DNA of 37,855 nt from a virus. Below the pieces are notes generated by a model. It ran no database searches. It saw nothing but the letters and a program-made list of their open reading frames with translations, and was not told where the DNA came from. Numbering within the stretch: the first letter of the stretch is position 1; each line of letters opens with the position of its first letter. The stretch lies in IMG/VR virus record IMGVR_UViG_3300050505_000115; one strand, given 5' to 3'. Positions 1-6,991 of the stretch are shown piece after piece. The translations under genes were made by a program, and so were the position numbers.

Positions 1-24
1 CGCTGTCACGCTGACTCTCCGATC
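1..24. repeat. Terminal direct repeat, left copy (identical to 37832-37855); most likely a circular-assembly overlap
   Basis: cgctgtcacgctgactctccgatc is read at both window ends. The minus-strand gene array continues sensibly across the junction. Confidence 0.9.
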
Positions 25-611
25 AGTCCGAGCCGACTCCAATTGCCGTTTGCCTCGCAGAGGCCGAGATCGCCGAAGTGCTTGGTCAGCTTCGCGCGCG
101 ACTCGTCCATGTTCTCCGTGCGCGGCGGCAGGTACACCAGCACGTTGGCGTGCGTCGGGTCGTCGCCACGGAAGGCCAGGCGCTCGGAGGGATAGCAGCG
201 AGGGAAGGCCTGGACGGGAAGCGCGCACGATTGGGATGTGCGAAGGATCTCCAGCGTGAAGGCAACGAAGAACGCGCGCTCGACGGCGCCGCTCTGCCAC
301 TGGCGAGCGAGGTAGTTCCACCAGATCTGCATGGACGACTTGCCCGGTCCCTTTGCGACGGCGACCCAGCGATTGCCGACGCGCTTCACCTTCCCGCCGG
401 GTGGATTCAGGAATACGCTCCCTGACCACGGCTGCGACAAACCGTCGTCGTCGATCGTGAAGATGCGGTTGGCCTTGACGCGCTCGTTAGCCTCCGGGCA
501 GCTAGCCGGGTCCAAGTCGAATCCGCCGAGCAGCCGACGCGCCGGTTCGACGACGATCGCGGGTGTATAGTGCTCGTTTGTGTTCGAGCTGTGCTGCGGG
601 ATGGCGCTCAC
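6..611 (-). CDS. Phage Dam-family DNA N6-adenine methyltransferase-like protein with atypical NPPG motif IV
   Basis: Track ORF 6..665. Layout is EHYTP..FDLDPAS..DDGLSQPW.G.VFLNPPGG, as in phage Dam-type MTases. Start placed at in-frame GTG 611 (AGAGG 8 nt upstream) rather than TTG 665. Confidence 0.65.
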   Translation of the reverse strand: MSAIPQHSSNTNEHYTPAIVVEPARRLLGGFDLDPASCPEANERVKANRIFTIDDDGLSQPWSGSVFLNPPGGKVKRVGNRWVAVAKGPGKSSMQIWWNYLARQWQSGAVERAFFVAFTLEILRTSQSCALPVQAFPRCYPSERLAFRGDDPTHANVLVYLPPRTENMDESRAKLTKHFGDLGLCEANGNWSRLGLIGESA

Positions 612-642
612 CTCGCCGCCTCTTTCTTTCTGGGGAGCGCGG

Positions 643-852
643 TCATGACGCTTCGAGGTCCTCAATCAAGCGTTCGATGACAGCGCACTCAGCATTGGTC
701 AGCCCCGGGGCAACGGTACGGGCGCGGTCCAGCCACTCGCGCATGTAGCCGACCCAGCGTTTCGTGGTGCAGGCCTCGCACTCGCGGTCGGCGGGGTTGT
801 CCTTGTCGCAGTACTCGCAGCAGTCCTGATACAGAACGGCGGGGGCGCTCAC
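643..852 (-). CDS. Small Cys-rich protein (69 aa; CCEYC...CEAC)
   Basis: In frame with track ORF 643..948. GTG start forms a GTGA overlap with the stop of the upstream gene at 849-852. Confidence 0.5.
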   Translation of the reverse strand: MSAPAVLYQDCCEYCDKDNPADRECEACTTKRWVGYMREWLDRARTVAPGLTNAECAVIERLIEDLEAS

Positions 853-1052
853 GGCAACTCCGAGATGGGTGCGCCGTCGAGAGCGAGGCTGGCCATGATG
901 GCGTGTCCGCTGTCGGTCGTATTGTAGAACTCCCATTTGCTCGCCCATGGCCAGAACGGGTCGGGCCCGCGGAACCGGCCGCCACCGTCGTCACATGGGC
1001 AGTTGACGTACTTGTTCGCCAGCCGCCACGCCTTCGCCCACTGCGCGCTCAC
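849..1052 (-). CDS. Hypothetical protein (67 aa)
   Basis: Track ORF. GTGA overlap with the stop of 1049..1234. Contains a CPC motif. Confidence 0.45.
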   Translation of the reverse strand: MSAQWAKAWRLANKYVNCPCDDGGGRFRGPDPFWPWASKWEFYNTTDSGHAIMASLALDGAPISELP

Positions 1053-1234
1053 GGCCAGCTCCCCACGTAAGCCCCAACAGCTACCCAGGTCCCAACACAG
1101 GTCAGGAACACGAACCCTGCACAGGCAGCGAGGAATCGGGCTCGCTGGCGGGCCTGGTGACGCCTGCGTAGCTCAACCCACGAAAGCGTCCTGACCATGG
1201 GGACGGACCAGTCCCGTAACGTCACGGGTCTCAT
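1049..1234 (-). CDS. Small C-terminally membrane-anchored protein (61 aa)
   Basis: Internal ATG of track ORF 1049..1438 forms an ATGA overlap with the stop of 1231..1506. Hydrophobic C-terminus FLAACAGFVFLTCVGTWVAVGAYV. Confidence 0.5.
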   Translation of the reverse strand: MRPVTLRDWSVPMVRTLSWVELRRRHQARQRARFLAACAGFVFLTCVGTWVAVGAYVGSWP

Positions 1235-1506
1235 GGCAGCTCCACTTCGAAGGCGAACGGCTGCACGTCGCGGCGCGAGTCGAAGTCGCCAACGAAACGC
1301 ATGCGCTCTTCGGACGAGCCGTCCGGGATGTTGGTCCAGCAGACGTCGTCCGGGTGGCACCGATAGTCGATGCCACCGTCCTCGCCGACGACCGCGTCTA
1401 TCAGGCCGGCACGTCGACACGCGAGAGCGATGGGACACTCCTCGGCGCTCTCTCGCTTGCCCGCCTTGATGTCCTCGGCCGTCACCTCCACCCTCACCGT
1501 GCGCAT
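1231..1506 (-). CDS. Hypothetical protein (91 aa)
   Basis: Track ORF. ATG preceded by a strong SD (GAGGAAGGTGG). High GC3. Confidence 0.65.
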   Translation of the reverse strand: MRTVRVEVTAEDIKAGKRESAEECPIALACRRAGLIDAVVGEDGGIDYRCHPDDVCWTNIPDGSSEERMRFVGDFDSRRDVQPFAFEVELP

Positions 1507-1619
1507 GCGGCCACCTTCCTCGCCTCCCTCAACAGCCTCCCCCTTCGTCTCAAGCTCTCCTGGGAGGCCTGGAGGAGGGAGAGGGATGCTTTGAGGCGGG
1601 AGATGTGACGGGCGGTCAT
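1494..1619 (-). CDS. Possible 41-aa basic protein (below ORF-track size cutoff)
   Basis: ATGA overlap with the stop of 1616..1771. In frame with track ORF 1494..1811. Fills an otherwise 110-nt gap. Confidence 0.3.
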   Translation of the reverse strand: MTARHISRLKASLSLLQASQESLRRRGRLLREARKVAACAR

Positions 1620-1771
1620 CGTCGCACCTCGACGAGCTTCTTGAGCTTGCCGGCCGCGCCCGCCGAGTTGTACGTGCGCCGCGCCCACGACCGAAATCCC
1701 TCGCCGTGGTTCGTGCGGCTCTTCAATTCCAGCCGATACCGCTTCCGTGCCGAATGCATCGTGTGCGTCAT
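1616..1771 (-). CDS. Small basic protein (51 aa)
   Basis: In-frame ATG of track ORF 1616..1804 forms an ATGA overlap with the stop of the lipoprotein ORF at 1768. Confidence 0.4.
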   Translation of the reverse strand: MTHTMHSARKRYRLELKSRTNHGEGFRSWARRTYNSAGAAGKLKKLVEVRR

Positions 1772-1908
1772 CGCCCCACCACACAGCAACCGGGACAGGG
1801 ACAAAAACCAAAGTCAGCGGGCTTCGCAGGCTGACAGCCGGTCAAGAAGGCGGCGGTGAGGGCGACGAACAGCCAGCCGAGCCAGTTGATCGAGGGACGT
1901 GCGGTCAT
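1768..1908 (-). CDS. 46-aa putative lipoprotein with Cys-rich tail (not in ORF track)
   Basis: Hand translation gives MTARPSINWLGWLFVALTAAFLTGCQPAKPADFGFCPCPGCCVVGR. Signal peptide plus lipobox LTGC. GGAGGAACC directly upstream of ATG 1908. ATGA overlap with the HNH stop. Confidence 0.55.
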   Translation of the reverse strand: MTARPSINWLGWLFVALTAAFLTGCQPAKPADFGFCPCPGCCVVGR

Positions 1909-2369
1909 GGTTCCTCCATGGTGAATGAAAGTTCTCCGAACAGAACTTCGTCTGCCTCGACGAGACTTGAGGCTTCACCGGGGAAGCCGTCCTCCTCTTG
2001 GGCAGCGACGGAAAAGGCGGCTACCAGGGACGCGATGCTATTCGCGCCCCGCATGCGTCCCTTGCGGACTGCATCGTGAATGTTGTCTTTCGCGGTCCCA
2101 ACAAACAGATGGTCAGGCCGGACGCAGCGAGGATTGTCGCAGCGGTGACAAACAAAGAGTCCTGCGGGGATTTCTCCGTGGGTGAGCTTCCAAGCGAAGC
2201 GGTGGCACTTGACGGTCTTGTCATGGACGGAAATGGATCCGTAGCCGCGACGACCATCGGGCAAGCGGGAGTAGGCCCCCGTCCAAATCCAGCAACGCCC
2301 AAGTCCCAGGCGAACTACCGGGCCGTTTTTATCGACCTTCCGCCAGAAGCGATCCGCCAGCGAGGTCAC
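1905..2369 (-). CDS. HNH homing-type endonuclease (HNH_3-like)
   Basis: RFWRKVDKNGP...CHRCDNPRCVRPDHLFVGTAKDNIHD. Paralog of 5522..6157. Start set at GTG 2369 (GGAG 10 nt upstream) because the longer track ORF (to 2534) would read through the tRNA-like attP sequence. Confidence 0.75.
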   Translation of the reverse strand: MTSLADRFWRKVDKNGPVVRLGLGRCWIWTGAYSRLPDGRRGYGSISVHDKTVKCHRFAWKLTHGEIPAGLFVCHRCDNPRCVRPDHLFVGTAKDNIHDAVRKGRMRGANSIASLVAAFSVAAQEEDGFPGEASSLVEADEVLFGELSFTMEEP

Positions 2370-2417
2370 CGGACTGTGGCTCCGGGGGTTGCGGGTTCGA
2401 TCCCCGTTGCTCACCCC
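2369..2417 (+). other. Candidate attP core: mimic of the 3' half of tRNA-His (anticodon arm to discriminator)
   Basis: CCGGA-CTGTGGC-TCCGG (anticodon GTG), variable GGGTT, T arm GCGGG-TTCGATC-CCCGT, acceptor 3' strand TGCTCAC, then C73 and CC. No D arm or 5' acceptor strand upstream. Lies 140 bp from the int stop. Confidence 0.6.
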
Positions 2418-2462
2418 CTCCTTCGAATCGCCAAGACGCGCGCCGTGGCTCGCGCCGTCCAA

Positions 2463-2527
2463 CATCCCTGATGGCTCAGCGGCGGGACGGCGCGCGACGT
2501 GGTGACTCGAATTCGCCATCAGGGATG
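2463..2527. repeat. Perfect 13-bp inverted repeat CATCCCTGATGGC / GCCATCAGGGATG with 39-bp spacer, between the att core and int
   Basis: Read directly at 2463-2475 and 2515-2527. Confidence 0.8.
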
Positions 2528-2558
2528 ACCACACTTTGAAGCAAGGCCAGCTCAGCGG

Positions 2559-3548
2559 TCAAACATTTTCGCTTGCCTTTTTTTCGTTCGTGACGATTTT
2601 TGCGCGCTGCGGTGACCGCCGGTGTTCCTCGAGCCGCGCCTTCGCATCGATCGCGATCTTCCTCGCCGCGCGTCTCAAGTAACGGCGCGCCGTGCGGTAG
2701 TCCTGCCACCCCGCCATCTCCATAACGTGCTGCATGTGTGTTCCCACGGCGATCTGGTTGTCGCCGAAGCCCGCGCGGAGATCGTGGAAGAAGTTGCGCT
2801 CCCCGGCCGCTGGCTTGACGCCTGCGAGCTCGCAAGCCTCCTGGTAGTACTTCGTCACAACGCGCGGGTGATAGGGCCTCCCTCGCCTCGTGGGGAACGC
2901 CCAAGGGCACCCCTCGGGGCGCTCGACGGCTCGGATCAGCCCGCTGGCCCAATCTGAAAGAACCGTCGCCCGCGCTCGCTGCGCTTTCGTGACCGGAGCG
3001 GGGACGGCGATCACCCCATCTCGTTCGTCGAGCTGCTCCACCAACAGGCGGCACACTTCCCGACGTCGAAGCCCCGAGTCATAGGCGGTCGCGATGATCG
3101 CGGCGATTGCATGGCGTCCTTTCGTCTTGGCGGCCGTGACCACCGCGATCACGTCGTCCTCGCTCCGGTACGTCGAGCGCTCGTTCTTCTCAACCTCGGC
3201 CCGAACGCGGGGCAGCGGATACGCCGAGATGTGGCCACGTTCGGCGGACCATCGGAGCATCTTGGTCAGCCGCGCGATCTCCCGATTGCGAGTCGCAGTC
3301 TTGATCCCTTCTTCGCGGCGTGTCGTGCGGAAGTGGTCAACGTCCGCCAGGCTCAGCGTGCAGGCGTTCCTGTCACCGAGGATTCGCCCAATCGTTGCAA
3401 GACGCCCGCGCTCCGTGACCTGATCGGCGAGGCCGAAGAAGTCGGGGGAAAAGATGTACAACTTCGTAAGCTCGCGGACAGCGACGACGCCGACTGTCGG
3501 TGTCAACCGATCGGAAAGCCGCCGCAGTAACTCCAGTGCCTCGTCCAC
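2559..3548 (-). CDS. int: Tyrosine recombinase / phage integrase
   Basis: Track ORF, 329 aa. C-terminal catalytic signature RRREV...HDLRAGFG...RTARRY (R..HxxR..Y). Confidence 0.9.
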   Translation of the reverse strand: MDEALELLRRLSDRLTPTVGVVAVRELTKLYIFSPDFFGLADQVTERGRLATIGRILGDRNACTLSLADVDHFRTTRREEGIKTATRNREIARLTKMLRWSAERGHISAYPLPRVRAEVEKNERSTYRSEDDVIAVVTAAKTKGRHAIAAIIATAYDSGLRRREVCRLLVEQLDERDGVIAVPAPVTKAQRARATVLSDWASGLIRAVERPEGCPWAFPTRRGRPYHPRVVTKYYQEACELAGVKPAAGERNFFHDLRAGFGDNQIAVGTHMQHVMEMAGWQDYRTARRYLRRAARKIAIDAKARLEEHRRSPQRAKIVTNEKKASENV

Positions 3549-3582
3549 GCCCGAGTTACCGAGAGTGCGGGTAAGCCCGTAG

Positions 3583-3655
3583 GTGTGCCAGTGGGCACAC
3601 GACCACAGACATGCGTTCAGCGTGACCGTGTAGACGTACGGGTACGTAACCGTGA
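3583..3655. promoter_or_regulatory. Cluster of symmetric elements upstream of int
   Basis: Hairpin GTGTGCC-agtg-GGCACAC (3583-3600). Palindrome ACGTAC-gg-GTACGT (3634-3647) flanked by direct ACCGTG repeats. Lies in the lower-GC, 186-bp non-coding gap 3549-3734. Confidence 0.35.
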
Positions 3656-3734
3656 TGCACTTGTGCGGCCCCCTGCCGGCAAGTGGTGCGGTTTGCTTAC
3701 GTCAGATACTTGGCGCGATCTAAGTTACGAAACT

Positions 3735-3947
3735 TTACTTCCTGGAACTCCGAGCGCGTTTGCCCCTGGCAGACTGCGAGCGCTTCGTTGCATCTCGCGG
3801 TAGCGGAACCTCCGTCCACGCCCCTGGGTCATCGTCGCTGAATCTTTCGAACACCCGCCCGTCTGTCGTCACCAGCATCAGGTGTTCGGAGCGGGGTGCG
3901 CCGTCGTGGCGAAGGGCGTCCTTGACGACGATCTGGGCGGCCTTCAT
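3735..3947 (-). CDS. Hypothetical protein (70 aa)
   Basis: In-frame ATG of track ORF 3735..4205 forms an ATGA overlap with the stop of 3944..4333. Confidence 0.5.
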   Translation of the reverse strand: MKAAQIVVKDALRHDGAPRSEHLMLVTTDGRVFERFSDDDPGAWTEVPLPRDATKRSQSARGKRARSSRK

Positions 3948-4333
3948 TGCTGCTCCCAGCGTTTGTAGGTTGCTTGCGTCTCGGCGATCGCCCGCGTGAA
4001 CCACGCGAATCGTTCCAGCTTCGTCCACCCGGCGAAGATTCCCCGGTGCTGCTCCCACTGCTCGTGAATGCCAGCGCACATCGGGATGGCGTTTCGGTCG
4101 GGCTCCTTTAGACCGAGTCCCGTGTTGCGGCGAAGGTGGGAAGCCTGGATGCCGCGCTCGCAGCGATGGGAGAGCGCGAGAATGCAGGGCTGCGTGTGCA
4201 ACCACACGAGGTAGGCCAGGTCGGAGCCAGGGCGGGAGAGGCGTCGAGGTCGCCTCTTTCTCATCCAGGTCTTCCGGGTGAGCCTCCGTGGGGCCTTCTT
4301 GGGGCGCGACGGTTTTGGGAAGGCCAGGGTCAC
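3944..4333 (-). CDS. Putative small nuclease (YbcO/DUF1364- or DUF968-like Cys/His motif)
   Basis: Basic N-terminus, then YLVWLHTQPC...SHLRR..GLGLKEPDRNAIPMCAGIHEQWEQH. GTG start forms a GTGA overlap with the erf stop (4330-4333). Confidence 0.45.
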   Translation of the reverse strand: MTLAFPKPSRPKKAPRRLTRKTWMRKRRPRRLSRPGSDLAYLVWLHTQPCILALSHRCERGIQASHLRRNTGLGLKEPDRNAIPMCAGIHEQWEQHRGIFAGWTKLERFAWFTRAIAETQATYKRWEQQ

Positions 4334-5280
4334 AACGTGTCGCCCCTCAAGAGCATCTGAAGCGCTCGCTCTGCCTGCACCTTCGACAGCGCAGCCGCCG
4401 AGTCGACGCCGAACTCCCTCTGCAACCACTGCGGGGCCAGGTCCTTGACCTTCTTTCCCCACACACTGGTAGCGGCTTCGCGGACGTTCTGGAGCAGGCC
4501 CGCATCGGCTACCTCGCCCGTGTCGTCGTCGTCGCTGCCGGGTTCGCGCTCGCCGTTCATCCCGCCGGCAATCGGGGCGGCCGCTTCGTTCTTGGCTAGG
4601 TTCGCCACCTGGGCGTCGAAGGTTCCCTGCATCCGCTTCAGGAGGTTGCTGGCCTGCTCGAACGTCAGCTCCTTCGACGACGTGCACGGCTTGCCGACTG
4701 CGTCCTTGTAGGCCAGGAGCGCGGCGCGATACGGGTGCTTGTCGTGGTCGGCCTTTCCGGTCCAGCCGCCGATCTTCTCCTTCAGGATGTGGATCTGCTG
4801 AATCTGGGTCGCGTTCGCCATGAGCGCGTTGTTGTCGGCCTTCACCTTGTTAGCGGGCTGGGCGTTGCCCTTGATCGCGGGCTTGCCGTTGCCAGACGCC
4901 TCGTTCCCATCGTCGTCCTCCGGCGCGACGCCGACCACGGCCGAGAGCGCGTAGCGGCGAACGTAGGTCAGGCAGCTCCCGAGCGCCTGGGGCGTGTCTT
5001 TCTCGGGCTTGGCGAAGAGAACCGATCGCATCCACTGCCCGCTGCCGTGCAGGAGTGTGGTCACCACGCCGACGGAGCCGTTCTGGTTGACCGGCAACTG
5101 TGTCACCGACAGCCCGTTTTTCGTGAGCGGTCCGCGGCAGGCATCCCAGACGCTCGCGAGAGTGGCGTAGCTCGATTTGAAGTAGGGATTCTCGCGGTCC
5201 TTGCTCGCGGCCATGATTTCCGACTGAGCGGCCGAGAGCGCCTTCGCCAGCTCGTTCAATTCCTGCGATGTTTCGATCAT
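4330..5280 (-). CDS. erf: Erf-family single-strand annealing recombinase
   Basis: N-terminal LAKALSAAQSEI...NPYFKSSYATLASVWDACRGPLTKNGLSV and GSCLTYVRRYALSAVVGV..EDDDG resemble P22 Erf. AGGGAG SD. Confidence 0.7.
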   Translation of the reverse strand: MIETSQELNELAKALSAAQSEIMAASKDRENPYFKSSYATLASVWDACRGPLTKNGLSVTQLPVNQNGSVGVVTTLLHGSGQWMRSVLFAKPEKDTPQALGSCLTYVRRYALSAVVGVAPEDDDGNEASGNGKPAIKGNAQPANKVKADNNALMANATQIQQIHILKEKIGGWTGKADHDKHPYRAALLAYKDAVGKPCTSSKELTFEQASNLLKRMQGTFDAQVANLAKNEAAAPIAGGMNGEREPGSDDDDTGEVADAGLLQNVREAATSVWGKKVKDLAPQWLQREFGVDSAAALSKVQAERALQMLLRGDTL

Positions 5281-5291
5281 GTGATGTCTCC

Positions 5292-5525
5292 CTATTTGAA
5301 CGGTGGCTCATCAAACGGCGGGGTCTCGATGGTCCCCGTCACAACCTCCCCACGGGCCGCGTCGACGAGAGCTGCCTTGACGATGTCATCCACAATTGGG
5401 CGTAGATACTCCGTCAAGTTCGCAGCCCTGTCCCGGATGATCTCGTCAGTGAGCAGCATCCCTCTACGGACGGTGAGGCCCTCGACCAGCGCGCTACGAA
5501 TCCTCTCCAAATCGACGGCGTTCAT
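5292..5525 (-). CDS. Hypothetical protein (77 aa)
   Basis: Track ORF. ATGA overlap with the upstream HNH stop. Confidence 0.55.
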   Translation of the reverse strand: MNAVDLERIRSALVEGLTVRRGMLLTDEIIRDRAANLTEYLRPIVDDIVKAALVDAARGEVVTGTIETPPFDEPPFK

Positions 5526-6157
5526 GGAACGTGCCTCCAGGCAGCGCGCCGCACAATTCTCCTGATGGAATGAGGCGCGACTCCAAACTCACGGGCGAGC
5601 TCTTCCGCCGTCTTGCTACTCTCGCGAATACTTCTGACGCTTGCTTCCGTAAGCTTTGCGTGCGGATGGGTCTCGCCGCGCGCCCACTGATTTCCCTTGA
5701 GCCGTCCCTTATCCCTGGCGTCGCGCGTGTTGTCTCCGACGGTCCCGAGAAACAGATGTGCCGGGTTCACGCATGGCGGGTTGTCGCACTTGTGGCAGAC
5801 GAGAAGGCCGTCCGGGATCGGCCCATGAGCGAACACCCAACTGACGCGATGTGCCCCGGTATTCCTGGTGCCATCGTAGAACTGTTTGTGCCCCCATCCG
5901 CCGTACTCGGCCCCCTTGAACTCCCAGCACTGGCCCAACTCGGGACGAATCACGGGACCGTTCTTGTTCACACGTGGCCAGAAGCGCTCAACAGGCGGAA
6001 TCTTTCGGCGCGAACACTCATGCGAGCAGAAGACATGCTTGTGCCTTCGGTTCCCGCGCAGCTCACGGAACTGCGTGCCACAGCGCTCGCAGATGAACGT
6101 CAATCTGCCGCGTTCAGCCAGTGCGGCGCGGATTCGCTCCAGGTCGGCGGGGGTCAT
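5522..6157 (-). CDS. HNH homing-type endonuclease with N-terminal zinc ribbon and C-terminal HTH-like tail
   Basis: CERCG..CSHEC, then RFWPRVNKNGP...CHKCDNPPCVNPAHLFLGTVGDNTRD. Internal ATG 6157 forms an ATGA overlap with the stop of 6154..6351. Confidence 0.8.
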   Translation of the reverse strand: MTPADLERIRAALAERGRLTFICERCGTQFRELRGNRRHKHVFCSHECSRRKIPPVERFWPRVNKNGPVIRPELGQCWEFKGAEYGGWGHKQFYDGTRNTGAHRVSWVFAHGPIPDGLLVCHKCDNPPCVNPAHLFLGTVGDNTRDARDKGRLKGNQWARGETHPHAKLTEASVRSIRESSKTAEELAREFGVAPHSIRRIVRRAAWRHVP

Positions 6158-6351
6158 CGCTGGCGCTCCAGCTTGGCGTGGTACAGAGCGCGATGAGACG
6201 ACAGCGACCGATTGACCCCGAGAACACCGCCGCAGTCGATGCAGCGCGAATATATCCGTCCGCACCGCACGCCATCGCGCACGAACAGCTCGCACGACTT
6301 GACCATGATCGGGCCAGCCTCGGACCTGCACTTGTCGCAACGCGGTTGCAT
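6154..6351 (-). CDS. Zinc-ribbon mini-protein (65 aa; CDKC...CIDC)
   Basis: Track ORF. ATG directly follows the TAG of the upstream gene. Confidence 0.55.
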   Translation of the reverse strand: MQPRCDKCRSEAGPIMVKSCELFVRDGVRCGRIYSRCIDCGGVLGVNRSLSSHRALYHAKLERQR

Positions 6352-6549
6352 CTAGTTCACCACCGCTCTCGGGTTCATCGCCGACTCCAGGACAGCCAGG
6401 GCCTCAGCGAATGCACGCAACCGAGCGACCTCGGCCTCGCAATCAGCAGCGAAGCGAGCGCACCCAGGGCAGAGCAAGCCGTAGCGCTCGTGGCTCTGGA
6501 CGGGCTTGCAGACGTCGAGCTGCTTCCCGCATCCCCCGCAGTCGTTCAT
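6352..6549 (-). CDS. Zinc-ribbon mini-protein (65 aa; CGGCG...CPGC)
   Basis: Internal ATG of track ORF 6352..6660. ATGA overlap with the stop at 6546. Confidence 0.5.
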   Translation of the reverse strand: MNDCGGCGKQLDVCKPVQSHERYGLLCPGCARFAADCEAEVARLRAFAEALAVLESAMNPRAVVN

Positions 6550-6791
6550 CGCCCCATCCCGTAGTTGAAGCCCTCGCCGGGCCACGCCCCGTCCTGGACG
6601 TTGATGTTTTCGCAGTCGCGAACGTCGAGGCCGCGCATGGCCCGTTGGTTCGCCTCCCACTCAGCGTGCGGACGCTGCTCGTCGAAGGTGCGCCTACACA
6701 TCGGGCACTCGTAGCAGTGGAAGTACCGGAACCCGTCGTCCCGGTACTTCGGGCCAGTCATCGCGGCGGCGCAGTAGAAACAGACCTTCAC
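6546..6791 (-). CDS. Cys-rich protein (81 aa; CFYC...CYECPMC)
   Basis: Internal GTG of track ORF 6546..6884. GTGA overlap with the stop at 6788. Confidence 0.5.
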   Translation of the reverse strand: MKVCFYCAAAMTGPKYRDDGFRYFHCYECPMCRRTFDEQRPHAEWEANQRAMRGLDVRDCENINVQDGAWPGEGFNYGMGR

Positions 6792-6991
6792 AGCGCCACC
6801 TCGGAGACCACCCCATCGACGATGAGGAACGAAGCCCGCACCGGGCTGTACTCCAGCGAGCACGAAGGGTCGCAGTTCCAGCACTCCCCGTTGCCGTCAC
6901 CCTCACCGTTACAGGTAGGGCAGCCGTCGCTGACGTCAGCGTCCTCGAAGCAGTAACAAGCCTCGTCGCTGTAGTGGAAGCAGGAGGGCAT
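6788..6991 (-). CDS. Cys-rich acidic protein (67 aa; CPTC...CWNC)
   Basis: Track ORF. TAATG overlap with the upstream stop. Confidence 0.55.
   Translation of the reverse strand: MPSCFHYSDEACYCFEDADVSDGCPTCNGEGDGNGECWNCDPSCSLEYSPVRASFLIVDGVVSEVAL

Noticed and set aside
1-24. The 24-nt terminal repeat as genuine phage direct terminal repeats or cos ends
   Set aside because: It is too short, and an open reading frame and operon run straight through it. This looks like assembler k-mer overlap from a circular or permuted template.
2351-2417. A complete tRNA-His gene
   Set aside because: Only the anticodon arm, variable loop, T arm and 3' acceptor strand are present. The would-be D loop lacks GG, and there is no 5' acceptor strand. 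It is treated as an att-site mimic, not an RNA gene.
3585-3803. Plus-strand ORF (72 aa) in the int-upstream gap
   Set aside because: GTG start inside a hairpin, no SD, low-GC non-coding-like composition. It also runs antisense into the neighbouring gene.
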